A DNA stretch of 64,000 bases from Bacteroidales bacterium (lineage in GTDB: Bacteria > Bacteroidota > Bacteroidia > Bacteroidales > UBA3663). The notes beneath the pieces were generated by a model. It worked only from the letters and a program-made list of their open reading frames with translations, did not search any database and was not told the origin of the DNA. The stretch covers positions 19,111 through 83,110 of the forward strand of contig JAFZTS010000032.1 of NCBI GenBank assembly GCA_017618715.1. The letters run 5' to 3'. This document shows positions 21,059 through 29,495 of this stretch, piece after piece (the stretch's first letter is position 1; each line of letters begins with the position of its first letter). Made by a program: the position numbers and the translations under genes.

Positions 21059-21880
21059 ATGCCAATGAAGATCATTGAGCAATATACTGAAGGAAAGTCC
21101 GCCACTACCCCATCGGAAGATGCCGTAGTGGTGACTGCTTCTTATGCGGCAGTCATCGACGGAGCCACACCCAAAACCGACTTCCGCTATCCTGGAGGAG
21201 AGACACCAGGACACCTTGCTGCACGGTTGCTGAGTGATGCTGTGCGCTCCCTGCCAGCTGACATTGATGAAGAAGAATGTACTACAAGATTGACCAAGGC
21301 CCTGCACCAAGACAATGTGTCACCTTCCAATCGACCCATCGCTTCGCTGGTCATCTATTCCGAATCACGACGCGAAGTGTGGATGATTGGAGATTGCCAA
21401 TTCGGATACCTCGACGCGAAGAACACCTTTCGCACGTTTACAAACGTCAAGTTCATCGACAAGGTGCTTTCGGAATGGCGGCGAGACATCATCCTAAGCT
21501 ATCTGAGCCGAGGCTGCATGAATGCCGAAGAAATTGCTGCCAATGACCCAGGACGACGCATCATCCAGCCCATCATCACCCACCAGGTGCGCTATCAGAA
21601 CGCCAAAACGCCGAATCGCTTCAACTACACCATGCTGGATGGCGAACCCATTCCAAAACACTACATCAAAGTATTCCATCTTCCTGTAGATGTGCACCAA
21701 CTTGTCCTCGCCACCGACGGTTATCCTGTATTGATGCAGAACCTTGAGGAATCGGAGGAGAAACTCCATTGCATGCTGACAGAAGACCCACTCTGCATCG
21801 GACCCTTGCTTGCCACGAAAGGCGTGCGCCCCGGCAACAAGAGTAACGATGACCGCACATATTTGAGACTGGAGATATGA
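21059..21880 (+). CDS. PP2C-like protein phosphatase domain protein
   Basis: 273-aa ORF. The acidic metal-ligand contexts are spaced as in PP2C: SEDAVVV, AVIDGAT, LVLATDGYP and NDDRTYL. Assignment by eye. Confidence 0.5.
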   Translation: MPMKIIEQYTEGKSATTPSEDAVVVTASYAAVIDGATPKTDFRYPGGETPGHLAARLLSDAVRSLPADIDEEECTTRLTKALHQDNVSPSNRPIASLVIYSESRREVWMIGDCQFGYLDAKNTFRTFTNVKFIDKVLSEWRRDIILSYLSRGCMNAEEIAANDPGRRIIQPIITHQVRYQNAKTPNRFNYTMLDGEPIPKHYIKVFHLPVDVHQLVLATDGYPVLMQNLEESEEKLHCMLTEDPLCIGPLLATKGVRPGNKSNDDRTYLRLEI

Positions 21881-22287
21881 AAACCAAGAAAGAATCGACC
21901 GAGATGCCAGCCATCCTTGTCAGGTTACAGCAGTTCATGGAACACGAACAGCTTTCAGCCTATCAGGTCAACAAGGAGTCGGGGCTTTGCAAGGGCCTAC
22001 TCATTAATGCCTTTGCCAACCAGCGGGGACTCACGACATCGACACTCGAAGCCATACTTAATGCATACCCCCGACTCAATGCCAACTGGCTCATCGTGGG
22101 GCGGGGTGAGATGCTCAATGCAGAACCAAACGCTGCCGTCCCGCCTTCGGTGACTGAAAAACATATCCAAAACCTGGATGAGCTGCAGAAGCAATGCGTC
22201 GAGATGATCAAGACGATACAACAGATGAAGCAGAGGGAACAAGAGGAGGCCGACAATCGCCTGATCGAAAGCCTGCTCAAAGGATAA
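21877..22287 (+). CDS. phage CI-repressor-like HTH protein with C-terminal coiled coil
   Basis: 136-aa ORF. Its ATG overlaps the upstream TGA (ATGA at 21877..21880). It has an HTH region ending in NANWLIVGRGEML, typical of Bacteroidota CI-type HTH proteins. Confidence 0.6.
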   Translation: MKTKKESTEMPAILVRLQQFMEHEQLSAYQVNKESGLCKGLLINAFANQRGLTTSTLEAILNAYPRLNANWLIVGRGEMLNAEPNAAVPPSVTEKHIQNLDELQKQCVEMIKTIQQMKQREQEEADNRLIESLLKG

Positions 22288-22294
22288 AAAATGA

Positions 22295-22335
22295 TTTCGG
22301 GGGCTTTCCACTTTTCTTGTGGAAAGCCCCCGAAA
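22295..22335. terminator. bidirectional intrinsic terminator (17-bp stem)
   Basis: TTTCGGGGGCTTTCCAC (22295..22311) pairs with GTGGAAAGCCCCCGAAA (22319..22335), with a 7-nt loop. Confidence 0.8.
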
Positions 22336-22357
22336 CGTTTCGAAATAGACCCCTTTT

Positions 22358-23512
22358 TTACAAGATCTTCTTATAAAGGGCGACGATGTCGTCGCGAGTC
22401 ACCTTGCGCGGGTTACCTGGTGTACAAACGTCGGCGATAGCCTGATCGGCCAATGCGTCGATGTCCTTCTCGAAGATACCAATCTCGCTGAGGTGCTGTG
22501 GGATACCCACTTCGATAGCCAGAGCACGTACGGCATCGCAAGCAGCCTGTGCAGCCTCGATCTGTGTCATGCCCTTCTTGTATGCGCCCATTGCCTTGGC
22601 AATCTCGACATACTTCTCGCGGCATACGGGAGCATTGAACTCCATAACGGTAGGCAGGAGGATAGCATTAGCTACGCCATGAGGAATGTTGTGGAGCGAG
22701 CCCATCGGATGGGCCATACCGTGAACGACGCCAAGACCTACATTCGAGAATGCCATGCCAGCTACATACTGTGCAAGTGCCATGCCTTCGCGTCCCTTGG
22801 GATTCTCTGGATCGAAGACGGCCAGACGCAGGTACTTGTTGATGAGACGAATTGCCTCGATCTCGAACATGTCACTAAGCTCCCAGGCAGCCTTGGTGAT
22901 ATAGCCTTCGATAGCGTGGGTCAAGGCATCGAGACCAGTGGCAGCGGTAGTGGCCTTAGGGAGAGAGTACATCAGCTCGGCATCGACGATAGAGCAGCAG
23001 GGGATATCGTTAGGATCGACACAAACCATCTTCTTGTGGGCCTCCTCGTCAATGATTACGTAGTTGATGGTGGTTTCAGCAGCCGTACCAGCTGTGGTGG
23101 GGAAACAGATCACTGGCACGCTCTTGTGCTTGGTGGGAGCCACACCTTCGAGGCTGATGACGTCATTGAACTCGGGATTGTTGGTAACAATACCGATACC
23201 CTTGGCAGTATCCATCGAAGAACCGCCGCCGATAGCTACCATGAAGTCGGCCTTGGCGTCGGCAAATGCCTTCACACCATTCTTCACGTTGGTTACAGTT
23301 GGATTGGGTACTACATCTGAAAAGATTTCGTAAGGAATGCCGGCTTCGTCCATGACGTCGGTTACCATTTTGCAGACACCGAACTTCACAAGTCCCTTGT
23401 CAGTAACAACAAGTGCTTTCTTGAAGCCAAGACGTGCAACTACAGCCGGCAACTCCTTGCGAGCACCAGCACCAAAATAGCTAAGTTCATTCAGAATAAA
23501 ACGATTTACCAT
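22358..23512 (-). CDS. fucO: lactaldehyde reductase (iron-containing alcohol dehydrogenase)
   Basis: 384-aa ORF that is collinear with E. coli FucO as I recall it. Shared motifs include NRFILNE, GGGSSMDTAKG, PTTAGTAAE, LTHAIEGYIT and GLGVVHGMAHP. Confidence 0.85.
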   Translation of the reverse strand: MVNRFILNELSYFGAGARKELPAVVARLGFKKALVVTDKGLVKFGVCKMVTDVMDEAGIPYEIFSDVVPNPTVTNVKNGVKAFADAKADFMVAIGGGSSMDTAKGIGIVTNNPEFNDVISLEGVAPTKHKSVPVICFPTTAGTAAETTINYVIIDEEAHKKMVCVDPNDIPCCSIVDAELMYSLPKATTAATGLDALTHAIEGYITKAAWELSDMFEIEAIRLINKYLRLAVFDPENPKGREGMALAQYVAGMAFSNVGLGVVHGMAHPMGSLHNIPHGVANAILLPTVMEFNAPVCREKYVEIAKAMGAYKKGMTQIEAAQAACDAVRALAIEVGIPQHLSEIGIFEKDIDALADQAIADVCTPGNPRKVTRDDIVALYKKIL

Positions 23513-23560
23513 AAGATAGTTGTTTAAAAGATTGGATAGATATAACGGTTAGTACCTTAA

Positions 23561-25759
23561 TTATAGGTTATATTTCTCATAGAAGTCGCGTTCGGAAATG
23601 ATCTCCACGCCCAATTGACGCGCCTTGTCGAGCTTGTTCTGTCCCGGCGCATCGCCCGTCACCACATAATTTACCTTACCACTCACCGAGCCTACATACT
23701 TAGCGCCATGACCGGTAAAGAAAGCCTTGATATCGTCGCGCTTGAAGCGATAGCTTGTGCCCGTAAATATCACGGTCATCCCCTCCAACGCATTGCCAAG
23801 CTTCACGGCACCCTGGTAATCCTGCTGGAACTGATAGTCGGGCGAGTCGATGCAACTGTAATCGCTGAGATCAGCCTCGAGAATGTTTCTGGCCATGATT
23901 TCTCCAATTCCATCGATAAGGAGAAGCTCTTCGAACGTTGCAGCGCGGAACTTTGTCCAAGAGCCGAAATGTTCGGCAAGAAGTTTGCCGGTAATCTTAC
24001 CCACGCCATCAATACCAAGGCCTCCGATGATGCGGTCGAGGGTCAATGTATGGATGCTTTGCGCTACGCCATCGAACATCAGCGCCACCGACTTCTCGGC
24101 ATAACCCTCTCCCAACTGCTGCTGGATGTGCGTACGGTAATTGGGGCAGAAGACATCAGGCTCCCACGTGTGTTCTTCTTTTACAAAGACGCGATAGAGG
24201 TCATCAACCGATGCGATGTTCAGCTTGTCATAAAGGTCGGCCAAGACGTTTGGCCCAAGACCCTTGATGTTCGCGCAATCCTTGCCGCACCAATACTCCA
24301 GACGCTGAATGGCTTGCTCCCGGCAATGATGATTCGGACAGATCCAATATTCACCTTTCTTTTCGAGTGCTGTTGAGCAACAAGGGCAAGTTGTGGGGAA
24401 CTGGATAGCCTTGAGCTGCACCTCCTCGGCCGCATTGCGCAGGGCATCTATGCCGGTCACCTGCGGTATCACTTCGCCTGCCTTCTGCACAAAGACATAA
24501 GAGCCGATGGCCAAGTGAAGGCTGCGGATATACGACTCGTTGTTCAACGTGGCACGTGCAACTACTGAGCCGGAAATGGTCGTCGGGTCAAGCTCGGCCA
24601 CAGGAGTGATATGACCCGTCATACCGACTTGGAAAGTCACATCACGTATCACCGTGGATTGCGCCTCCTGCGGGAACTTGCGTGCCTTGCACCAGTTGGG
24701 GAACGTAGTGTTTAAGCCAAGGTATTCCTGGTGCCGCCGCTCATTGACCTTAACGACAACACCATCACAATCGTAGGGAAGCATACGACTGATGCGAACC
24801 TCGTTGAAGGCATTGATGGCATCGGTGAGCTGCTTCAGGTCGCTGAAAGCCTGTCGTCCAGGAGTCTTGTAGTAATCAAAACCCATTCGTCCAAGCAGTT
24901 CAAGCGTCTTCTCTTGACTGCTCAACACATCATGTTGGAACGCTTCGTCGGTTGAATAGGCAGCGTATGCATTCACGACAAGCCCACGTTTGGCGGTCAC
25001 CTTCGGGTCGAGTTGTTTCAACGAGCCACTGGCTGCATTGCGCTTGTTGGCGAACGGACGTTCTCCGTTCTTCTCCTTTTCGGCATTGAGTCGATCGAAG
25101 GCACCTTGCGGCATCAGCACTTCGCCACGCACCTCGAAATAGGCAGGCAGCTGGAGCTGAATATCTGCATCGTCGGTTTCTTCGGCGAACAGATCATCAA
25201 ACAGCGAAGGCTCTTTCGAAACAGCTTTTGGTGTTTTCTTCGTAGTCTCATCGACCGACAGTTTCAGCGGCACATTTCGAATAGTGCGCACATTTGCGAT
25301 TACCGATTCGCCCTCGATCTGATTGCCGCGTGTCACCGCATCGACGAGCACTCCATCGCGATAGACCAGCGAAACCGACAGTCCATCGTACTTGGGCTCG
25401 TAAGTGAACGAAATCTCATCGTCGGGGAAGGCAGCCTTCAGCTTTTGGCTGGTCGAAAGCAACCATTCCTGCAGTTCTTCGTCACTATAGACATTCTCGA
25501 TGCTCTGCATGGGGATGACATGACGATGCTTCTCGAAAGCACCTTGTATGTCCGAGCCGACACGTTGGGTGGGGCTATCGGGCAAGACTACCCCTGAAGC
25601 CGCCTCCAAAGCCTGCAATTGCTTGAACTCCATGTCGAACTCGAAGTCCGACATGGGAGGATCATTCTCAATATAATATTTATAGGAGGCCCAAGCCAAA
25701 GCCGCGGTCAAGCTGGCTTGATCGTTAATATCACGTTTATTGAATTCCTCAAGTGTCAT
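23561..25759 (-). CDS. ligA: NAD-dependent DNA ligase LigA
   Basis: 732-aa ORF. It has domain Ia, the adenylation motif EPKYDGLS, an OB fold, a Cys4 zinc finger (CPCC...CPNHHC), HhH repeats and a C-terminal BRCT. Confidence 0.92.
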   Translation of the reverse strand: MTLEEFNKRDINDQASLTAALAWASYKYYIENDPPMSDFEFDMEFKQLQALEAASGVVLPDSPTQRVGSDIQGAFEKHRHVIPMQSIENVYSDEELQEWLLSTSQKLKAAFPDDEISFTYEPKYDGLSVSLVYRDGVLVDAVTRGNQIEGESVIANVRTIRNVPLKLSVDETTKKTPKAVSKEPSLFDDLFAEETDDADIQLQLPAYFEVRGEVLMPQGAFDRLNAEKEKNGERPFANKRNAASGSLKQLDPKVTAKRGLVVNAYAAYSTDEAFQHDVLSSQEKTLELLGRMGFDYYKTPGRQAFSDLKQLTDAINAFNEVRISRMLPYDCDGVVVKVNERRHQEYLGLNTTFPNWCKARKFPQEAQSTVIRDVTFQVGMTGHITPVAELDPTTISGSVVARATLNNESYIRSLHLAIGSYVFVQKAGEVIPQVTGIDALRNAAEEVQLKAIQFPTTCPCCSTALEKKGEYWICPNHHCREQAIQRLEYWCGKDCANIKGLGPNVLADLYDKLNIASVDDLYRVFVKEEHTWEPDVFCPNYRTHIQQQLGEGYAEKSVALMFDGVAQSIHTLTLDRIIGGLGIDGVGKITGKLLAEHFGSWTKFRAATFEELLLIDGIGEIMARNILEADLSDYSCIDSPDYQFQQDYQGAVKLGNALEGMTVIFTGTSYRFKRDDIKAFFTGHGAKYVGSVSGKVNYVVTGDAPGQNKLDKARQLGVEIISERDFYEKYNL

Positions 25760-25771
25760 CTGTCATTCGTC

Positions 25772-26410
25772 TTACAGGTAGTCAATCTTGATGACAATCT
25801 TTCTAGGGGTACACGGCTGCTTGCCGATGCCGGTTGCCTGATGAATATCGTTGGGGAAGAAGAGATAGAAATGCTTGGGGTCGGAATCAATGACCAGGCA
25901 CTCTTCAGCAGTAGGAATCTTCTTCTTGTCCCAACCGAAGTTCTGGACATCCTTTTTCTCGTTGTATTCGTTGCGAGGCTCAAGGCATTCGGGCGAATGG
26001 GTCAAGTGATAGCGTTCCGAACCGGTCACATCCCACTGCAGGTCGATGGTGTGGCGATGCTGTTCCCACTGACAGTTCTCTGGCGTACGCAATGCCTGAT
26101 TAAGCACTTTCACGTAGGCATGGCTCCACTGCATGGCATTGTTGCTTGGCTCCATCTTTACGGGATCAACACTGGCGAGCCAAGCGAAAATGGAATCCCA
26201 CATGGCGGGAGCCTTCTGATACTGCTCATAGAACGTCTGCACATCAATATATTCATAGGGCTTCACCTTGAAACCATTCTTCCACTTGCCTTTTTTGAAC
26301 CATGCTTGAGCCTCATCCGTTGCTACAGGTTTGGCGAATGCAGCTTCTTGTGCCATAACCACACAAAGGTTGGTCAGCAAGAGAATCAAGGTAAGGAAAA
26401 TCTTTTTCAT
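25772..26410 (-). CDS. YhcH/YjgK/YiaL (DUF386) family protein with signal peptide
   Basis: 212-aa ORF. It has an N-terminal signal peptide (LLLTNLCVVMAQE), HRHTIDLQW and FFPNDIHQA typical of the cupin-like DUF386 family. Confidence 0.6.
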   Translation of the reverse strand: MKKIFLTLILLLTNLCVVMAQEAAFAKPVATDEAQAWFKKGKWKNGFKVKPYEYIDVQTFYEQYQKAPAMWDSIFAWLASVDPVKMEPSNNAMQWSHAYVKVLNQALRTPENCQWEQHRHTIDLQWDVTGSERYHLTHSPECLEPRNEYNEKKDVQNFGWDKKKIPTAEECLVIDSDPKHFYLFFPNDIHQATGIGKQPCTPRKIVIKIDYL

Positions 26411-26444
26411 CGCATAAAATAGGGTTAAGAATTATTTTTCGGAG

Positions 26445-26452
26445 CAAAGATA
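26445..26452 (-). promoter_or_regulatory. -7 promoter box (TATCTTTG on minus strand)
   Basis: CAAAGATA on the + strand, about 35 nt upstream of the 26410 start. Confidence 0.55.
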
Positions 26453-26527
26453 AGCTTTTTTATTCAAAGTTGTATCGCCAAACTCAAAAAAAATGTGTGA
26501 TTTTTTGTTTTGTTAGGAAAAACCCAT

Positions 26528-26535
26528 TATCTTTG
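26528..26535 (+). promoter_or_regulatory. -7 promoter box TATCTTTG
   Basis: Exact TAnnTTTG 32 nt upstream of ATG 26567. This supports the internal start of the ACT-domain gene. Confidence 0.6.
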
Positions 26536-26566
26536 CAGCGAAAACCCACAAAAAACACCCCATAGC

Positions 26567-26983
26567 ATGATCATCAAGCAAGTCAGCGTCCGCATCGAGG
26601 ACCGTGTCGGTTCAACTTGGCAGGTTTTCCAAACCCTGGCCGACAACCGCATCAACATCTTGTCGTATAGTATTGAAGACACTCCGCCACAGGGCACTCT
26701 GCGCCTCATCGTCGATGATTCCACCAAGGCGGACGAAGTACTTCGCAATGTCGGCTTCATAACACAACTCACCAATGTCTATTCGATGAATGTCCCGAAC
26801 CACGTCGGCTCGATGAGTCGTGTGCTGAAATACCTGACGGAAAATGAAGTGTCGATTGACTTCATGTATGTTTTCCAATACATGGGCATTTCGCAGACCG
26901 TTCTGCATTCGCGCAACATGAAGCAACTTGAGCAGGTGCTCACACGTTATGAGCAAGAGCAGCTCAATCTGACATCCAAATAA
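26567..26983 (+). CDS. ACT domain-containing protein
   Basis: The track ORF starts at 26510, upstream of the promoter box. ATG 26567 gives 138 aa (MIIKQVSVRIEDRVGS...) with two beta-alpha-beta-beta-alpha-beta-like ACT halves. Confidence 0.55.
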   Translation: MIIKQVSVRIEDRVGSTWQVFQTLADNRINILSYSIEDTPPQGTLRLIVDDSTKADEVLRNVGFITQLTNVYSMNVPNHVGSMSRVLKYLTENEVSIDFMYVFQYMGISQTVLHSRNMKQLEQVLTRYEQEQLNLTSK

Positions 26984-27059
26984 GACAACCGTACAGGTTT
27001 AGTAGTGGGGATTTAGGATTTTTTAAGATGTTATATTTTGGTCATAGGCAAAATATTCG

Positions 27060-27067
27060 TATATTTG
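27060..27067 (+). promoter_or_regulatory. -7 promoter box TATATTTG
   Basis: Exact TAnnTTTG about 100 nt upstream of ATG 27168. Confidence 0.5.
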
Positions 27068-27167
27068 CACCGAGTAATCACACACAATTGCCCCAACGTA
27101 AGATGGGGAAAGAGTTGACGAAACCATTTATTGTTCAAATTTTATAATAATTCTTTTTTGAACCACT

Positions 27168-27479
27168 ATGAACAAGATCTACAGCGACCCTATCGAGAAA
27201 GCTCAGATGCTCATCGAAGGACTAAAGAAAAATCGTTCCTATCTTGAAACCAAAGGCTACGATCTCTCGATTATCGAGCGTCTTGAAAAAGCCTGTGAGG
27301 AAATGACCCGTGAAGGTGAGGCTGTTGCTGCTGAAGAGGAAGCCCTCTCGAAGCATCGTGTCAAGTGCCACACCATACTCAGCAGCCTGAAGCGGGATCT
27401 TTACTCTGGCAAAAATGCCATCAAGCTGATGTTCGACCAAGAGCAGTGGAATCAGTACGGCGTGCCTGACAAACGTTAA
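27168..27479 (+). CDS. small helical hypothetical protein
   Basis: 103-aa ORF with no recognisable motif. It is the first gene after a promoter box and lies upstream of the beta-helix gene. Confidence 0.45.
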   Translation: MNKIYSDPIEKAQMLIEGLKKNRSYLETKGYDLSIIERLEKACEEMTREGEAVAAEEEALSKHRVKCHTILSSLKRDLYSGKNAIKLMFDQEQWNQYGVPDKR

Positions 27480-27523
27480 TCACCATCGGTCTATGGCAAT
27501 GGACGGGACCAAACAATCATAAT

Positions 27524-29494
27524 ATGAAGATATCGCCCATCGCTATTGCAATCATTATCCTCAACCTGACCTTCGCTAAGAGTTGGGCTGAGGATTTTCG
27601 TATTTATGTGTATGCTGCCGGCAATGACACTTGTTCGGGAACAATTAAGGAACCTGTTGCCACTCTCCAGCAAGCGCTTCACATAGCTCGACAAAAACGG
27701 CGAACAGGGTGGAATGAGGGGGCTATCGTCATCAGCCATCCCGACCTCAGCTTCCTCGGCGAACCAATCCGCATCCGGCCTGAAGACAGCGGCACGCCCG
27801 AAGCACCACTCATCATTAGTGGCCAAATGGGGGACGTATGGAACGAATTGAACGGTGCCATGCCTATTCTGAATTGGAAACGACAGGGAAAACTTCTTAT
27901 AGCCGAAGTGCCGGAATGGAATGGCTATCCCATCGACTTCCGCCAGTTCTATAGCCCCATCAAGGCAGTGCGTGCCCAGGATGTTCCCGTGGAACTTGAC
28001 CCCGAGAAGGATGGGTTCGAAAAGATGTCGCGCATCCTGAGTCTCGACAAAAGGCAACGCATCCTCTATGTTCCTGCCACACCAGCCATCCGTAAGATAG
28101 CACGTCAGGGCGTTGGTCATACCGAGATGGTGTTGCATACGATGTGGTGTACCAATAATCTGCGCATCAAGACAATAAAAATACTGGGAGACTCTGCTGC
28201 CATTCAGTTCCATGAGCCTGAGGCGGATGTTTTCTGGGAACATCCCTGGCCCTTCCCCTTCACCGGAGAACATGCCTCCCCATTCTATCTCACCAATCAC
28301 ATGGCCTTGCTGGATGAGCCTGGAGAATGGTTCCACGACATCGGTTTGCACAAGCTGTACTACTATCCACGCAATAAAGAAGAAGCAAGCTGGATGCTAG
28401 ATCCCGAGTGGTTCTACCTTCTGCATCCTTATGTGCCTGCGCTCGAGAATATCCTTATCATCGAAGGCACGCCCGAACGTCCCGTTCACGACGTTCAAAT
28501 AAAAAACATAACCTTCTCGGGGTCCACTTGGATGAGACCCTCAACTCACGGCCATGTGCCGTTACAGGCGGGCATGTATCTTACCGAAGGTTACAAGCTG
28601 CGTCCTGCCATCGTCAGACCCGACCGCAACCACAAGCTCGACAACCAAGCCTACTGCGGTCGTCCTGCTGCCGCAGTTCGCGTACACGATGCCCAACGAA
28701 TCGTATTTGACCGATGCACGTTCTCGGAGACGGCATCCACGGGCCTCGACTTCGAAGAAGGCACGTTGGACTGCATCGTGGCAAATTGTTCTTTTTATAA
28801 TATAGGAGGTGCTGCCATTGTGGCGGGCTCATTCAGTCCGGAATCCTTTGAGGGACATCTCCCCTATTTACCACAAGATTCCCGCCAGCTTTGCCGTGGC
28901 CTCATCATCGCCAATAACTGGATCGAGAATACGGGACTTGAAGATTGGGGCACTCCTGCCATCTCAGCCGGATGGGTCACCGATGCCACCCTTGCCTACA
29001 ATACCATCCAAAATGTTCCCTACACGGGCATCTCGCTGGGCTGGGGTTGGACGCAATCGCTCAACTGCATGAGTGGTAACGAGATTTATCGAAACCGTAT
29101 CACAAAATTTGCTCGACACATGTACGACGTAGCTGGCATCTACACCCTCAGCGCACAGCCTAAGACATTTATCACCGAAAACGTGATCGACAGCATCTGC
29201 CATCCCTCCTACGTGCATGACCCCAACCATTGGTTCTATCTTTATACCGACGAAGGATCTTCGTTCATCACCGTGCAGGACAACTGGTGCCCTACTGAAA
29301 AGTTTCTGCAGAACGCCAATGGACCCGGTAACACTTGGTTGAACAATGGGCCAATGGCTGGCGACTCTATTCTCGAAAATGCCGGTTGCAAATATTGGCT
29401 TTTCGAGGAAGACACTCCAATGCCATCGATGAGTCTCGATGAAATCAAAAGCATTCGTCCATGTATCCAAACTCGAAAACCCCGCAAAGAATAA
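27524..29494 (+). CDS. secreted right-handed parallel beta-helix (pectin-lyase-fold) protein
   Basis: 656-aa ORF with a signal peptide. It shows repeated short beta-helix rungs (NCSFYNIGGAAIVAG, NNWIENTG, YNTIQNVPYTGISLGWGW). No catalytic family can be assigned by eye. Confidence 0.55.
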   Translation: MKISPIAIAIIILNLTFAKSWAEDFRIYVYAAGNDTCSGTIKEPVATLQQALHIARQKRRTGWNEGAIVISHPDLSFLGEPIRIRPEDSGTPEAPLIISGQMGDVWNELNGAMPILNWKRQGKLLIAEVPEWNGYPIDFRQFYSPIKAVRAQDVPVELDPEKDGFEKMSRILSLDKRQRILYVPATPAIRKIARQGVGHTEMVLHTMWCTNNLRIKTIKILGDSAAIQFHEPEADVFWEHPWPFPFTGEHASPFYLTNHMALLDEPGEWFHDIGLHKLYYYPRNKEEASWMLDPEWFYLLHPYVPALENILIIEGTPERPVHDVQIKNITFSGSTWMRPSTHGHVPLQAGMYLTEGYKLRPAIVRPDRNHKLDNQAYCGRPAAAVRVHDAQRIVFDRCTFSETASTGLDFEEGTLDCIVANCSFYNIGGAAIVAGSFSPESFEGHLPYLPQDSRQLCRGLIIANNWIENTGLEDWGTPAISAGWVTDATLAYNTIQNVPYTGISLGWGWTQSLNCMSGNEIYRNRITKFARHMYDVAGIYTLSAQPKTFITENVIDSICHPSYVHDPNHWFYLYTDEGSSFITVQDNWCPTEKFLQNANGPGNTWLNNGPMAGDSILENAGCKYWLFEEDTPMPSMSLDEIKSIRPCIQTRKPRKE

Positions 29495-29495
29495 A

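Noticed and set aside
21877-22287. Prophage or mobile element suggested by a CI-repressor-like HTH gene
   Set aside because: No integrase, recombinase, phage structural gene, attachment-site repeat or tRNA gene is nearby. The flanks are housekeeping genes with the same composition.
27491-28351. 286-aa minus-strand ORF overlapping the start of the beta-helix gene
   Set aside because: It is fully antisense to a signal-peptide-bearing ORF with coherent beta-helix repeats. It has no promoter box, no motifs and an unusual composition.
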